DNA of 64,000 nt from Eledone cirrhosa (Eukaryota). Of this stretch, positions 35,995 through 48,077 are shown piece by piece. Each line of letters opens with the position of its first letter. Within the stretch, counting starts at the first letter, position 1. The stretch is taken from the NCBI GenBank assembly GCA_964016885.1, contig CAXHJY010000180.1, positions 1 to 64,000 of the forward strand. The letters run 5' to 3'. Under the pieces are notes generated by a model. That model saw nothing but the letters and a program-made list of their open reading frames with translations. It was not told where the DNA came from and searched no databases. A program made the position numbers and the translations under genes.

Positions 35995-37149
35995 TGTCTC
36001 CTTTGCTTCTGATGGACATCACCAGAGGGCGTTAGCCCCCGGTGTTTGCATAGCTACGGCTTCCTAAAACCGTATTTCCTTGGAGATACGAAATATTTAT
36101 ACATATTGTATAAAGCTATGCTTGAAGCGAAATCCTATTTCTTTTTGAGCTATTGTCTGTTTAATATATAGAAAGAGAATTAGAAATTTCTCTCAGTATG
36201 TGTTATAAAAGCCTGAAAGTAAACTATTTGATTGTGCTATCAACTTAACAAAGCGAATATTAATTCTAGGTTTCGGTATTGAGAAAACTAAAAATTAAAA
36301 ATAGTTTTTATATTTAAATTGAATATAATCAATTACACATCTTACCCAATTAAATTTAGGTTCTGTATTTCCTCAATTCACTGTTCATCCAGACGTTGGA
36401 AATATAAAACTGAGAATCTTATCTCTGATGAAAATAGAAATGATGAGAAGTTGAAAAAAAAATCAATCATCCTGCAGACAATCAGTTTGACATTCTGACA
36501 CAATAAAGTGATCTGGTGCACGCTCAGAGGCACAGTAAGTAACGCAACCTTATAACAGAGCCAGTGATAAAAAGTATGCTTGCATTAACCCAGATCCTAC
36601 AGCAGGCATGTTATGAATAGTGTTGAAAATAATGTAATGGTATATCATGAATGTATCGTTGTATGTGATTCACGAAATGTCATTACATGTCCGTTCGTTA
36701 TACTTTGACGAAAAGGCGGACAAAAGTGAATACAAAAAACGAATACATTTGTTTGTTTAAAATAGAGTTATTTATTTCGTCAAATATTGGATTTGAAACT
36801 ACGTTCATATCTTTCGATAATTTGTGAAAATCATAGAGTTAACAATAAGAGAATCATGATATGAAAGAAAGACAGATAGGCTAATGATATAAGTGAGTAA
36901 GTGAATATCATGAAAATCTGTGAGAGTCACTAACCCGCGGCCAAGCCAGCAGTTGGCCAAGGCAACTGCTTCTATAAAGATGTGCGACCAACTGAGGGTT
37001 AGCTAGCTACCAGCACTGCCTTTTACCTTAAAAGGAAATACACTGGGTTTTTTGGTAAATATTGCAGGTTTTGCACAAAAATTCATAAATATTAATATGC
37101 CTATGGGACAGCGAAATGTCTGAGTCGCAAGAACGTCGGATAGAATGCT

Positions 37150-37993
37150 TTAGATTAATATTTAGATGCGACATTGGATTAATATAGATTTCATTTAAGT
37201 AGGCATAAGGATAGATATTATTTATAAGGGATTGGGAAATAGAACACTTTAAGATTTATAGATTTCCAAAAGTTGTGGCATCAGTGTGACTGAAGTAAAA
37301 TGTCCAGTTGTCTTCTAATGAGGGCTTTATTTTGGCTGCACAAGACTAGCAGTGTCTTTCTATGCACAACCTTCAAGCCAATGTGATCAGAAATGGAATT
37401 GAACCAAACTTTCAATTCGGTGATGAACATGTTAAGACCATTGCCCACCTGGTTTCAGGCTGCAATGTATTAACTCCCCAGGAATATAAAACGAGGTATG
37501 ATAGAATGTGGTAATAGTTACACTGGGTAATGTGCAGGTTTTATGGTCTGAAAATGGAGGGAAAATGGTACAACCATCACCCAGATACAGTAACAGGAGG
37601 CGATAGCGTGACAATATAAAGTTCTATCAATTTAAATTGTGAAAACGTGGTATCTTAAAGCCCGTACAATACCAGTGACAGTTTGCACACCTGGAATGAT
37701 GAAAAAGGAAACTGAAAAATATTTGGGTCGGATACCTGGAAAGCCATCTCTGAAAGTGCTGGTTGGCACTGTCCGTGTCCTGAGAAGGGCATTTTAAATT
37801 TTAAAATCTTGTAAAGACATTTACTGTTGTTTGTACCCTTGTGGCATCATTTGTATGACAATTGATTGTAAACTGTTGTATTATCAAATTTTGCCTCAGG
37901 TGTCAGGTTGATACTCGGCATGATTTGGGAAAGAAATAGAATTAAAAGGAAGTTTCAAGTAGTAGTAATAATAATAATAATAATAATAATAAT
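37150..37993 (+). mobile_element. R4/Dong-like LINE 3' fragment ending in (TAA)n
   Basis: EGFILAAQD, TIAHLVSGCNVLTPQEYKTRYD and IPVTVCTPGMMKK...LGRIPGKPSL. TAA tail at 37966-37993. Confidence 0.75.
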
Positions 37994-38129
37994 ATATCTC
38001 CCATAATATCTAAGCTCTTACGAGTCAGTATGACAAAATAGAGTACAACCCTATTCTTAAACCATAATAAAGGAATTATACAGTCAGATAAACTTAAAAT
38101 AAAATTGCGGTATATTTCAAGTCGACTAT

Positions 38130-38386
38130 CTCTCCCCTCTTCTTTTGCCTTGATCTCCCTCCAATATCAAGTGAGCTCAACAACACGAGATATACGATGA
38201 ACAGAAACAATGTAGTCATCGACCATTTGTTTATTATGGATGATCTCAATTTTAACACTAAAAAAACGACCAAGAGTTAGAAGGACTTTAAACAATTGTG
38301 AAGTGATTTAGCAATAACATTGCCATGGAATTTGCCAAAGCAACGCTCAAAAGAGGCAATACAATAAAAACATCATATGCTAAGCT

Positions 38387-38429
<43 letters not shown>

Positions 38430-39510
38430 ACCATACAGGAGTTAGACACAGAAGGTAGCTATAAATATCTTGGCAAAAAACTAAAGTCTGGTAATTAAAC
38501 ATAATCAAATAAAGGAGAAAATTCGGAAAGACGACTAGAGAAGAGTAAGGCTGATCCTGAAAACTGAACTAAATTCTAAAAACCGTTTCGAGACTATAAA
38601 CACTTTCGCTGTACCGTTGGTACAATACAGTTATAACATTATTAATTGTTTCTACTTTTGGCACAAGGCCAGCAATTACCCAGTACATTACTGGTACTTT
38701 ATTTTATCGACCCCGTAAAGATGAAAGGGAAAGTTGACCTCGGCGGAATTTGAACTCAGACCATAAAGGGCCGTAATTCTTCGCTGCAAAGCATGGCGTC
38801 AGACCCTCTACCGATACTGCCAATCCACTACCTTCGTTAATGTTAACTTATCTGATATTTAAAGAATGGATACAACGAATGGAAAGCTCCTTCCACAGAA
38901 GCAATGAAAAATCAGAAGGTCTAAAAATGCAGGATATATGACATATAGCTTGAAACTACTGGTCATATAATTGTTTCTACATTTGGTACAAGGCCAGCAA
39001 TTATCCCAACCCGACATTAGCACCAACTGAATATTCGATTATACATAATAGGGTGGGGCAATACATCCACGGAATAATATGCAAACAATATAATGCAGAA
39101 AACTGGTATGAACACAAACCACAAATAGTAACTGAGACTGAAGGAGTAACAATCCTTTGGGAAATTACCATTTGCACAGATCGTACTATTAATGCAAACC
39201 ACCCTGATATTATAATTAAATATTTTAAAACAAGATCTGCTTACTCATTGATATAACTCTACCGTCTGATAGAAATGTGTCAGCAAAAGAGTATGAAAAA
39301 CTTAAAGATCTTGATATTGAGATAAACAGAATGTCAACCTTAAAAACCAAACTATTCCGGTAGTAATAGGAGCAATAGGTGTCATAAAGAAAGGTCTTCA
39401 AAAGGTTCTAGAAAACATACCTGATAAACCTAGCATCTATAAAATCCGAAAGATAGCTCAAACAAATACCGCCCACAAACTTCGTAAATGCCTCAAAACT
39501 ATCTTATCGA
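38130..39510 (+). mobile_element. Degenerate R4/Dong-like LINE (RT plus RLE) with nested SINEs
   Basis: LSPLLFCL, HLFIMDDL, YKYLG, RRVRLILKTELNSKNRFETINTFAVP, NWYEHKP...TDRTINANHPDII and IPVVIGAIG. Confidence 0.8.
38644..38829 (-). mobile_element. Young SINE nested in the LINE
   Basis: Near full-length match to the 34226-34409 family. Confidence 0.9.
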
Positions 39511-39519
39511 CCATCAGGT

Positions 39520-41100
39520 GATCTTTAGTACCCTAAGATCTTCTCCTACACCCTTTTTATTCCCTTGGTAATGTTCCTTCCTGTAAAAGAAATATATATG
39601 TCTTCTCCTAAAATATTCCAGTGTTTACCTTCCATATGTTCAGGCATGCTACAGGACGGTAGTTTCCCACAACATTCCCCTTCTATCTTTTTTATAAGCA
39701 TTGTTCTTTCTGTTACCATCCATGAAGGAGCTGCACCTCGCTGGATACATTCATTCAATTGAGTTACCAGTCTTTTATGAACCGCATTCCATCTCTTCAA
39801 CCAAAAGCCATGGATCCCATTTGGACGGGAAGCTTTCCAGTTTGGTACCTTGGTCACTTGATTCTTCACATCAATTGTGCTTATGGTAATTCTTCTCTGT
39901 CTATTTCCTCCTCGGAATTCTGTCATGATGGTGTCTATCCATTCGGTACCCCTTCTATGCGTTTCCCTATATCCCATTCCAGAATTCCTTGGCCTGGTTA
40001 GCATTAGGAACAGCATCCTTCCCATTGTTTCTTTCCAAAGTACGAAAGAATTGTTTTCGATGACTGTGGAATAGTCTATTCTCCTCGAACTGCTTATTTC
40101 TGTTCACATATCTTCTTATCTTCCGGCTTTTTGACATAATCCTGTTTTACTTGTTCCATTAATGTATAAAATCTATTCTTCCATATTTTATACTCCATAT
40201 CTAATATCTCTCCATCGGTCTTTAATTCGTTTTCCATGTTTCTTTAAATGATTGCTCAATTTTACTTAGATCTTGCCTTAACTGCATTATGTCATTTCCA
40301 ATGCGGTTTTTCCACTGTTTGTTTTGCTTCACTCTGCTTTGTTTTCGTTAGTTGTAATTTTTTCTCAACAAGTAGTGTATTAGCTCGGATAAGGTTTCTT
40401 GTTAACATTATGTCCTCTGTCTGTTGGTATGACAACAGTTATAGTTTTTGTAATTTAATACATCTTACCATCTACCCTTCTCATATTCATCGGGTTTTTT
40501 TCTTCAGGGGCCTGCATCAAATACATAAGCCGTCTTTGTAATGCAAGTAATTCATCATCAATTGGCTCCCTACTCTTGTAAAACCATCCTCAGCAGTATA
40601 AAGCTTTAGTCTATAACCTTCCTCGTCAGCAGTCCTAACATTCTCATCATAATTTTATTTCCCTCTCTGACTTCAACTGTAGAAACGACTTCAGTTTCTA
40701 CTATCACCTCCTTTTGTTGCTCATCTCAAAGTTCCTTTGAAGGTTCACTAATCCGAAGTAGTTCTACCACAGTTAACCAACCCTTCCTCCTAATCACCCT
40801 CATTTGTTTAATTAGTTTACTTTCTAACACTAAAAACATTGGACTTTTGGATGGGAAAGGACAAAGTACGTCGCCCTGCTCCACGGCTTCCCTCCATTTT
40901 TGTTCTTTCATGACATTCAATGAGTGTAACGTTCTCTTCCTCCGTCCACTTGTGTCTAGATGTGCGCACTTGTGTCTTTTGTGTGATTTGTTAACGACCG
41001 GCCAGAGTCATATCATGTTCCCTGTTAAGGAAGGCTCCAAACACGCTGGGCGAGAGACCTTCACTGAAATTGGTTCCAAATTCATTCACACCGTTGATTA
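39520..41100 (-). mobile_element. R4/Dong-like LINE 5' half, degenerate
   Basis: KWTEEENVTLIEC, KQMRVIRRKGWLTVVEL, FWNGIW and KVPNWKASRPNGIHGFWLKRW. Confidence 0.72.
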
Positions 41101-41299
41101 TTTCATTATTGTTTTGCATCATATTTCCATGAGAGTGGTTTATGGGCTTTATTTTCCCATGAGTTTTGTTAAAATACCATTTCTATATAACCTGCCTTGC
41201 CAGGCTAAAGAGTAGTTTTATAATAATAATTATTGTTATCATTATTGCCATTAAAATAATTATCATCATTACCATTATTATGTCATGAATATCAATACA

Positions 41300-41700
41300 A
41301 AGTAATAGAGAATTGCTATGAACATGTGACTTGTAAAGTACTGCAGGAAGATGGGATAGCAGCGATATTCTGAGATAATGATTTGTAGACTGATAGCGTA
41401 ATTGAGCATTGCCAACGGTATAGTGTCATTTTGAACGTGAAAGACAAATACTGTCAGATCATAGACGTAGCCATACCAAATGACACGAATATTGTGAGTA
41501 AAGAGGTTGGAAGAAGATTACCAAGTACTCCAAATTGAAAGTGGAGATGGCAAGACTGTTTGGAATGCGAGAGGGTAATGTGAAAGTAATACCAGTTTTA
41601 ATCGGGGTATTAGAGTTATTCCAAGATTTCTTAAAACCGTTGGGAATACCATACAAAAACATGTGTGATTCATAGTTATATTTAAAACTGGGTATGGAAA
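41300..41700 (+). mobile_element. RLE-type LINE 3' fragment
   Basis: CQIIDVAIPND...KEVGKITKYSKLKVEMARLFGM...VIPVLIGVL (frameshifted). Confidence 0.65.
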
Positions 41701-42429
41701 AATATTTCAAGGCGTTTCAATATTGTTTAATTTACACAATGAATACTTGTATAAGGCAAAGCGGCAGATTCGCTAGAGTGGCGGATCAAAATGCTCTCTA
41801 CGCTCAAATCCGAGGTAAATCCTTCCTCTCATCTTTTCGATAGATACAGTATAAGTGCGCTGGATTTGGGAAATTTTTAGAAAAATTAGTGATCACGTAA
41901 TAAATAGAATGTGGTGAAATTCAAACATGCTTTCTAATTCATTATATATATATATATATAATTTGTAGGAAAATAGAAAAACTTGGAGCGGCGTTGGGTA
42001 AAACATTACTTCGAAGGATAGAAATCAGTGGTTCGATGTGAGTTGACTCATAGAATTGATAAGAAGGAAGAAATAAAATGGACGAGAAGAGATCACAAAC
42101 ATTAAAATACGCTCATAAGATTTCAGACCACCTGCAGTTTCAACGATTTACCTGAAATTACTGCGAAGAATAGGTGGCTCGTAACAACGAAGAAATAAAT
42201 ATCTTCATAGGACATTGGCTAGAAGTTTGAATGGTTGTTTGAATATGTTGGGTAAATTTCCTGATTCTACAGAAACTTTATTTTCTGGGCACAGCAAGAA
42301 CCATACGAAAGGTGTGTGGTACTTTCGACTACAGAAGACAGCTTGATATCTTGCAATCCAAATAGTAACAGAGGAACAACGAAACATTGAATAAAGAGAA
42401 GAAAATAATAATCATAGTAATGCACCTAC

Positions 42430-42669
42430 CTTCAGAGCATGGTTGTCAATATCGGAGTATTTGTCACGGTTAAAGATTTCCTTTTTGGATTTAGATGTCG
42501 GATATGGTAATATGTCTCCTTTATCATCATGTGGTAGTGGAATTGCCAGAGTAGCACATTTTCTCTGGACTTCGGCAAGCAACTGTGGAGTAGGTTCCTT
42601 CTCGGAATACCTGTATCTACTCAATTCGCTCTTCACACGAGCTAAATATTCACCTTTGGGAACCACCAT
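42430..42669 (-). CDS. Probable first coding exon of a host gene (possibly hillarin/KY-like transglutaminase-domain family)
   Basis: Polypyrimidine tract plus CAG acceptor (exon begins 42719), in-frame upstream stop, AAAAATGG start, 80 non-repetitive codons ending PYPTSKSKKEIFNRDKYSDIDNHALK, and a phase-0 donor AAG|GTAGGT. The family call is from recall only. Confidence 0.6.
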
Positions 42670-42826
42670 TTTTGATATTTGTCTTTATCAGTTTGTGGAG
42701 TAATATGGAGGAATATTTCCTGGAACGAGAGAAAGAGAGAGTAATTATACTAGAATCAAAACCCTGGCAAATTTTGTATACCATTAATAATCAAAAGAAC
42801 ATACGCAGATACCTACCTACATACCT

Positions 42827-42903
<77 letters not shown>

Positions 42904-43659
42904 CTAGCAGAATGGCCCGGCGTTGCTCGGGCTTCTAAACATAGATTGGCATGTTTATCCTTCCTTTCTGAAACAGTACAGAGAAGTACGGAATACCTCG
43001 GCCTGGGGATAGTGTCTACATTTTGTGCTTACAGAAAAAACTCGTCGTAGATTACCAGGGGTTTAACTTAATTGGGTGCCTGAGAGTAAAATGTGCAACC
43101 CACGAAAGCCAAGACATTCTACAAACCGAACATGTATTTATTGTATTTATTGTGCTATGGTACAATGAAAGTTACAGAGCAGTAAGCATGTGGGACTGGA
43201 CTGCAGTGGTGGAGAGCATGAAGGAATTTAGTTGGATGCTTTTAAGGTTACAAAAGATCTACCCAAGCTGATATAGACCGAACTGTTATATCGGATGCCG
43301 AACGCTCCGGAATTACTATTGGGGTCACCATCAACAATTTCAAGAGATGTACGTTTAAGTAGGGATAATATAGTCTATAAAGAGAGGTAACTCTTTCAAA
43401 ATACTAAAGAGTTGTCTCTCTTGAACATTGTAGACAAAATTGCCGAACTGACAAAAAGGGCTTAAAGCTTTAGTGAAAAAAAAATCCTTTAACAACAGAA
43501 AATTGAAAAATAAAAGCTGCAGTTAATATCTTTAGACCGCAAGGAATATATAAATGCAAGTTTGGAATCAATCGGAATATAAATGTGGATTTGTATAGAC
43601 TTTCAAAAATTAGGACACACACACACACAGACAACTTCAGTTTTATATATATGTATAGA
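42904..43659 (-). mobile_element. Non-autonomous Helitron
   Basis: Minus strand begins A^TC(TATAC) and ends GCCCGAGCAACGCCGGGC-CATTCTG-CTAG^T. No TSD. Confidence 0.8.
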
Positions 43660-43808
43660 TATAGCGAAAGAGAGAGATGGGGCTGTATTTATTTGTGTCT
43701 GCGGTGCTGAGACAGGAGAGGCCCCTAATCACAGGAGTACTCAATGCATGGGGAGATGCAGAGTGGGTACAGAGAACGGTAAAATCGGCGCCAAGCGGTT
43801 TCGGCTTA

Positions 43809-43862
<54 letters not shown>

Positions 43863-45917
43863 CTTTCACCAGTCATTGGACAATAGCCAAAATAGGACGT
43901 CAGTTTCTATGGTATAGTCATTTATATTCAATCCAGCATTTCATACTTATCGGTTTCGAAAACATAAAAGCAAGGTCTCCCAGAGCAGGATTTGAACTCA
44001 ATATAAAAATAAATAACTAAACACCACAAGATATTTTCCCGAATCTCAACGGATTCTACCATCCACTGATCTATAAGTGTATGCATTAGGTCTCCGCTGG
44101 TTCCTACGACGGGGGTTATAAATGTTGATCAATGTAATAGTATGTTTGTAAATCTAACATGCAAGTGGCAAAACTACCCAGAAACACGTGCACCTTTAAC
44201 ACATTTCTCAGGGAAATTCGGCAGCAGACAATGTGTACCACAAATAGCAGTTTGAATTTTAAATGCAACTAATTTTCTCCATCTGAATGGACTAAAAATA
44301 TCTGAAAAAATGTGTCTTTCTCAAATACACTACGTGCTAGCTAGAATTGAACTCACAGACATAGGCTCGTAAGTCGAACACTCTAACCATTAAGCTACAT
44401 GCCTTCACGCTTCTCATAGATCAGCACCACTACCATCACACACTCACACACACACAGACAGACGATTCTAAAGCACTACATCTGTTTTCATGTAATGCAA
44501 ATATGTAAAACATTTGTTAATTATACATCTCTTCCAGTGTTTTAGTGACCGGTTCGTTCCATTTTATAGATGAGAAAATTCGGCTTTTTGGAGTTAAAGG
44601 ACAAAGACCGCAAAGCATACTATTAATTCAGCCAACAGTGACTACTGTTACACAATATTTTAGTTTAGTTTAGTCTAGTCTCATAACCTATCATCATTAG
44701 TTGTGTTATCACTGAAGTTCCAGTGATACCCAGGGAGAGAAATTCAGCATACATAGACATTTTTAGGGCCTCCGCGACTGATGGGAGGAAGGGAGGAAGT
44801 TATACTAGAGACTGTGATTGAATGCTTGCAAGAGAGTGAAGTCTGCTAAACTTAGCTAAGTACCAGATGATAAATGCTAAACTGAGCGACAGATTAAGTC
44901 GACGCCCCAAAAAAGTTCAGAACAACAAAGTTGGAACGAATATCACAAGGTATCTTGGCTGACACTCGAACAATTTTACCAATCCACTTCCTGGACCATT
45001 GCTATATCTTTTCGACCCCCCCCCCCCCCTCCCTCCCCATAAAAAAAAATAGAAGGCAAAGGGAGACTGAACAAAGAGTGAAGGAAATATGAAATATGTT
45101 GGGTCGAATGAATTGACCAGGGATATATTTTATCTAGTGATTAAAAACAAAGCTTACGTCTGCAGGGTTTGAACTCAGAATGTAAATAACCGAAATTAAT
45201 AGAGTAAGTTATTTAGCCAAACTCTATATTACTTCTTTCGTTCAACCGCTTTCAACGATGAACGCATGAAGCTAACATGTTTTTTTTTCTTTTATAAAGG
45301 AACATTTATAAACGTCTTTCGTACAACCCAATATATCACATACAGTGTTTGTAGGTCAAAACCTGTCATTGGCTACAGGTCGCAATACATCAATGACTAC
45401 GGGTCACATTATATCATCGTTTGTAGTTTGTAATTTATCCTCATTTGTATGTTATACTGTATGAAATTATATTTGATAATACACCGTAATATGTCTTCTT
45501 AGATTATTGTGATTTCCTTTTCTTTGTGTATTCTGTAAGCAATATCAAATAGCAATTTACTCATTAACACAGCTTATCTTGGATCTCACGCCCAAAACAT
45601 TTTCAGGTAAAAAGGAAATGAAGTGAATACCATGTTTAGACAGCTACTTGTTCAAATATTTACTAAAGGTGTTGCGCTACTATAGACACTCCTTTAGCAA
45701 TATTATCAGCCGTAGATTAGGAGCATATCCTTTATCGATATGAATCGTAGCAGGTGGGATGGCCGAAACAGTACGCGAATTGATACAGCGAAAAAGTAAA
45801 ACAAAACACAAAGTAGATTTGATGTCTCCCTAAACCCTTTCTCATTAAGTTATTTAAGATATCGTCAATGCTCCTGGAACTCTGGCCAAGACATAAAAGA
45901 GGTACACCACAGTCATT

Positions 45918-46103
45918 GGTGGATTGGCAGTATCGGTAGAGGGTCGAACGCCATGCTTTGACGCATAGAGTTACGGCCCTTTCCAATCTGAGTTAAAATC
46001 CCGCCAAGGTTAACTTTGCCTTTCATCCTTACGTGGTCGATAAAATAAAGTACCAGTAATGCACTGGGTAATTGCTGGCCTTGTGCAAAAAGTAGAAACA
46101 ATT
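45918..46103 (+). mobile_element. Young SINE
   Basis: Matches the 34226-34409 family. Confidence 0.9.
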
Positions 46104-46231
46104 ATTTTTACGAAATCACTATTCTGTGGAAATAGGGATTTTGGAACGCAGATGGTTATCGTCAAGGTGAGATGTGGAAGATAACACCATAATTTAGTGT
46201 TGTTGAAAATAGATTTCATGAAAATAATTAT

Positions 46232-46436
46232 TCTAATTTAGGCACAAGGCCAGCGACATGTGGGAAGGGGCAAGTCGATGATGTCGGCCCCAGAACTTAA
46301 CTTTTACTTCATTTTATCGACCTCGGAAGGATGAAAAGCAAAGTTGACCTCAGCGGGATTCGAACTCAGAACATAAATGGTCGTAACTAAGTGATGCAAA
46401 GTATTTTTTCCAACGCTCTAACGATGTAGCCCACCC
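46232..46436 (-). mobile_element. Older SINE
   Basis: GGCACAAGGCCAGC...GGATGAAAAGCAAAGTTGACCTC...TTCGAACTCAG. Confidence 0.8.
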
Positions 46437-46919
46437 AGTACACAACATTTCGTGAAAATAATGAGTGAGAAAGCAAATTGTTAAGTTGATGGTATATCGA
46501 ACATCTTATCAGAGCTGTAACAGTTCGTATCCTATCAGAGGCATTACATATTCAGGGTAACCCAGATATTTACACTCGCAAATATAAATGAAGTACAACA
46601 GAAGTATAATTCACCGCCTTAAGCTGCAACACCACGGGAAAATTGACCACCATTTATTTATTCTTTTTTATAGATTATCAAACTGAATTCAAATCATACT
46701 CGTGAAAAGCTTCCCACGATAGACCAGCGCCCTATCGAAAAAAATACTTATCGTTTATCTGTATAAATCTACAGATAAGCAAAGATCTTATGGGGCGATG
46801 TTTCACAGGAAAGCACTCTAACAGAAATGAAAGAATTTTCCTCTATTGTCAAATTACCTCAAAGTAAATATAGACTTCAAACTTTTGGCAAGTATAATTT
46901 TGGCCCTACAATTTTGTTT

Positions 46920-47410
46920 CTTTATACATATGGCTGTAGCGATAAAGGTTGTGTGGTGGACGCGACTGAAAGGACTAGAGATAAACACTTCGACCAAGCC
47001 CTCATCAACTTTTTCAAGTCCCATTTCGAAAGGAAGATGAGGATTGAGAAGCAAGGGTTGCCCCCCGCCCCTGTACATTTTTCATTTTAAATGTGGGTGA
47101 ATGTAGAGAGGTTGGCCCGTCCGAATGAATGGGCGTACTCTGAGCATACACTTGTACTCTGGAGAGTTCAGAGAGGAGAGGGGGGACCATCCGAGGGTGC
47201 TCTTGGTGATTAATGTAGTTTCGGATCTGTGGGGTTCTTAGGTTTCCCTTAGGCGATGCTCCCTCCCTAGTGGGGAATTCTGTTGTCATTTATTATTGTT
47301 ATTTATTACCTGTTTTCCTTTTTTTTTTACACGTTTTAAGTAAATCCACACTGTCCCTGTTCTTTTGTATTTTCCTTTATGTTCCAGCTCTTCTAGCCGA
47401 TAAAATAACA
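46920..47410 (+). mobile_element. Old L1/Tx1 3' end
   Basis: MAVAIKVVWWTRLKGL...LINFFKSHFERKMRIEKQ parallels ORF 28913-29665. Confidence 0.75.
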
Positions 47411-47418
47411 ATAATAAT

Positions 47419-48077
47419 AATTGTTTCTACTTTTGGCACAAGGACAGCAATTACCCAGTGTACTTTATTTTATCGACCTCGTATGGATGAAAGGCAAAGT
47501 TAACCTCCACGGGATTTGAACTCAGAATGGCAAGGGCCATAACTCTATGCGTCAAAGCATGGCGTCCGACGATCTACAGATACTGCCAATCCACCGGTTT
47601 CTAATATAGGCACAAGGCCAGAAATTTATGGGGAGGGGAAAGTCGAAGAATTCGACACCAGTACGTTACTGGTACTTTATCGACCCGTAAAGATGAGATT
47701 GATTTTGCCTTTCACCCTTCCGAAATTGATAAAATAAAGCACTAGTAATATATTGGGGCCGATTTAATCAACTTTCCCCTTTCCAAATATTGCTGGCCTG
47801 GTGTCTATAGTAGAAATCATAATTATTATTAAACTTAACACAACTAAAGAGGACTTCAGGAATCACTGGAACTGGCCTCTATTTTCTTTTCAAAATAATT
47901 GTTTCTACTTTTGGCACAAGGCCAGCAATTACCCAGTAAATTACTGGTACTTTATTTTATCGACCCTCGTAAGGATGAAAGGCAAAATTAACCTCGACGG
48001 GATTTGAACTCAAACCGTAAAGGGACGTAACTATGCTAGAAAGCATGGCGCCCGACCCTCTACCGATCCTGCCAATT
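47419..48077 (-). mobile_element. SINE cluster (47419-47596, partial copies 47597-47820, 47896-48077)
   Basis: Repeated family motifs. Confidence 0.85.

Larger units (their letters stand above)
35539..36144 (+). mobile_element. Retrozyme-like tandem dimer (~295-310 bp units), each unit with a hammerhead
   Basis: Two head-to-tail copies start near 35538 and 35833. Neither has coding capacity. Flanked by TTGAGCT at 35532-35538 and 36145-36151. Confidence 0.8.

Noticed and set aside
43660-43812. Minus-strand GCCGAAACCG segment between TA tracts as a hammerhead remnant
   Set aside because: The CUGANGA half and a valid cleavage triplet are missing.
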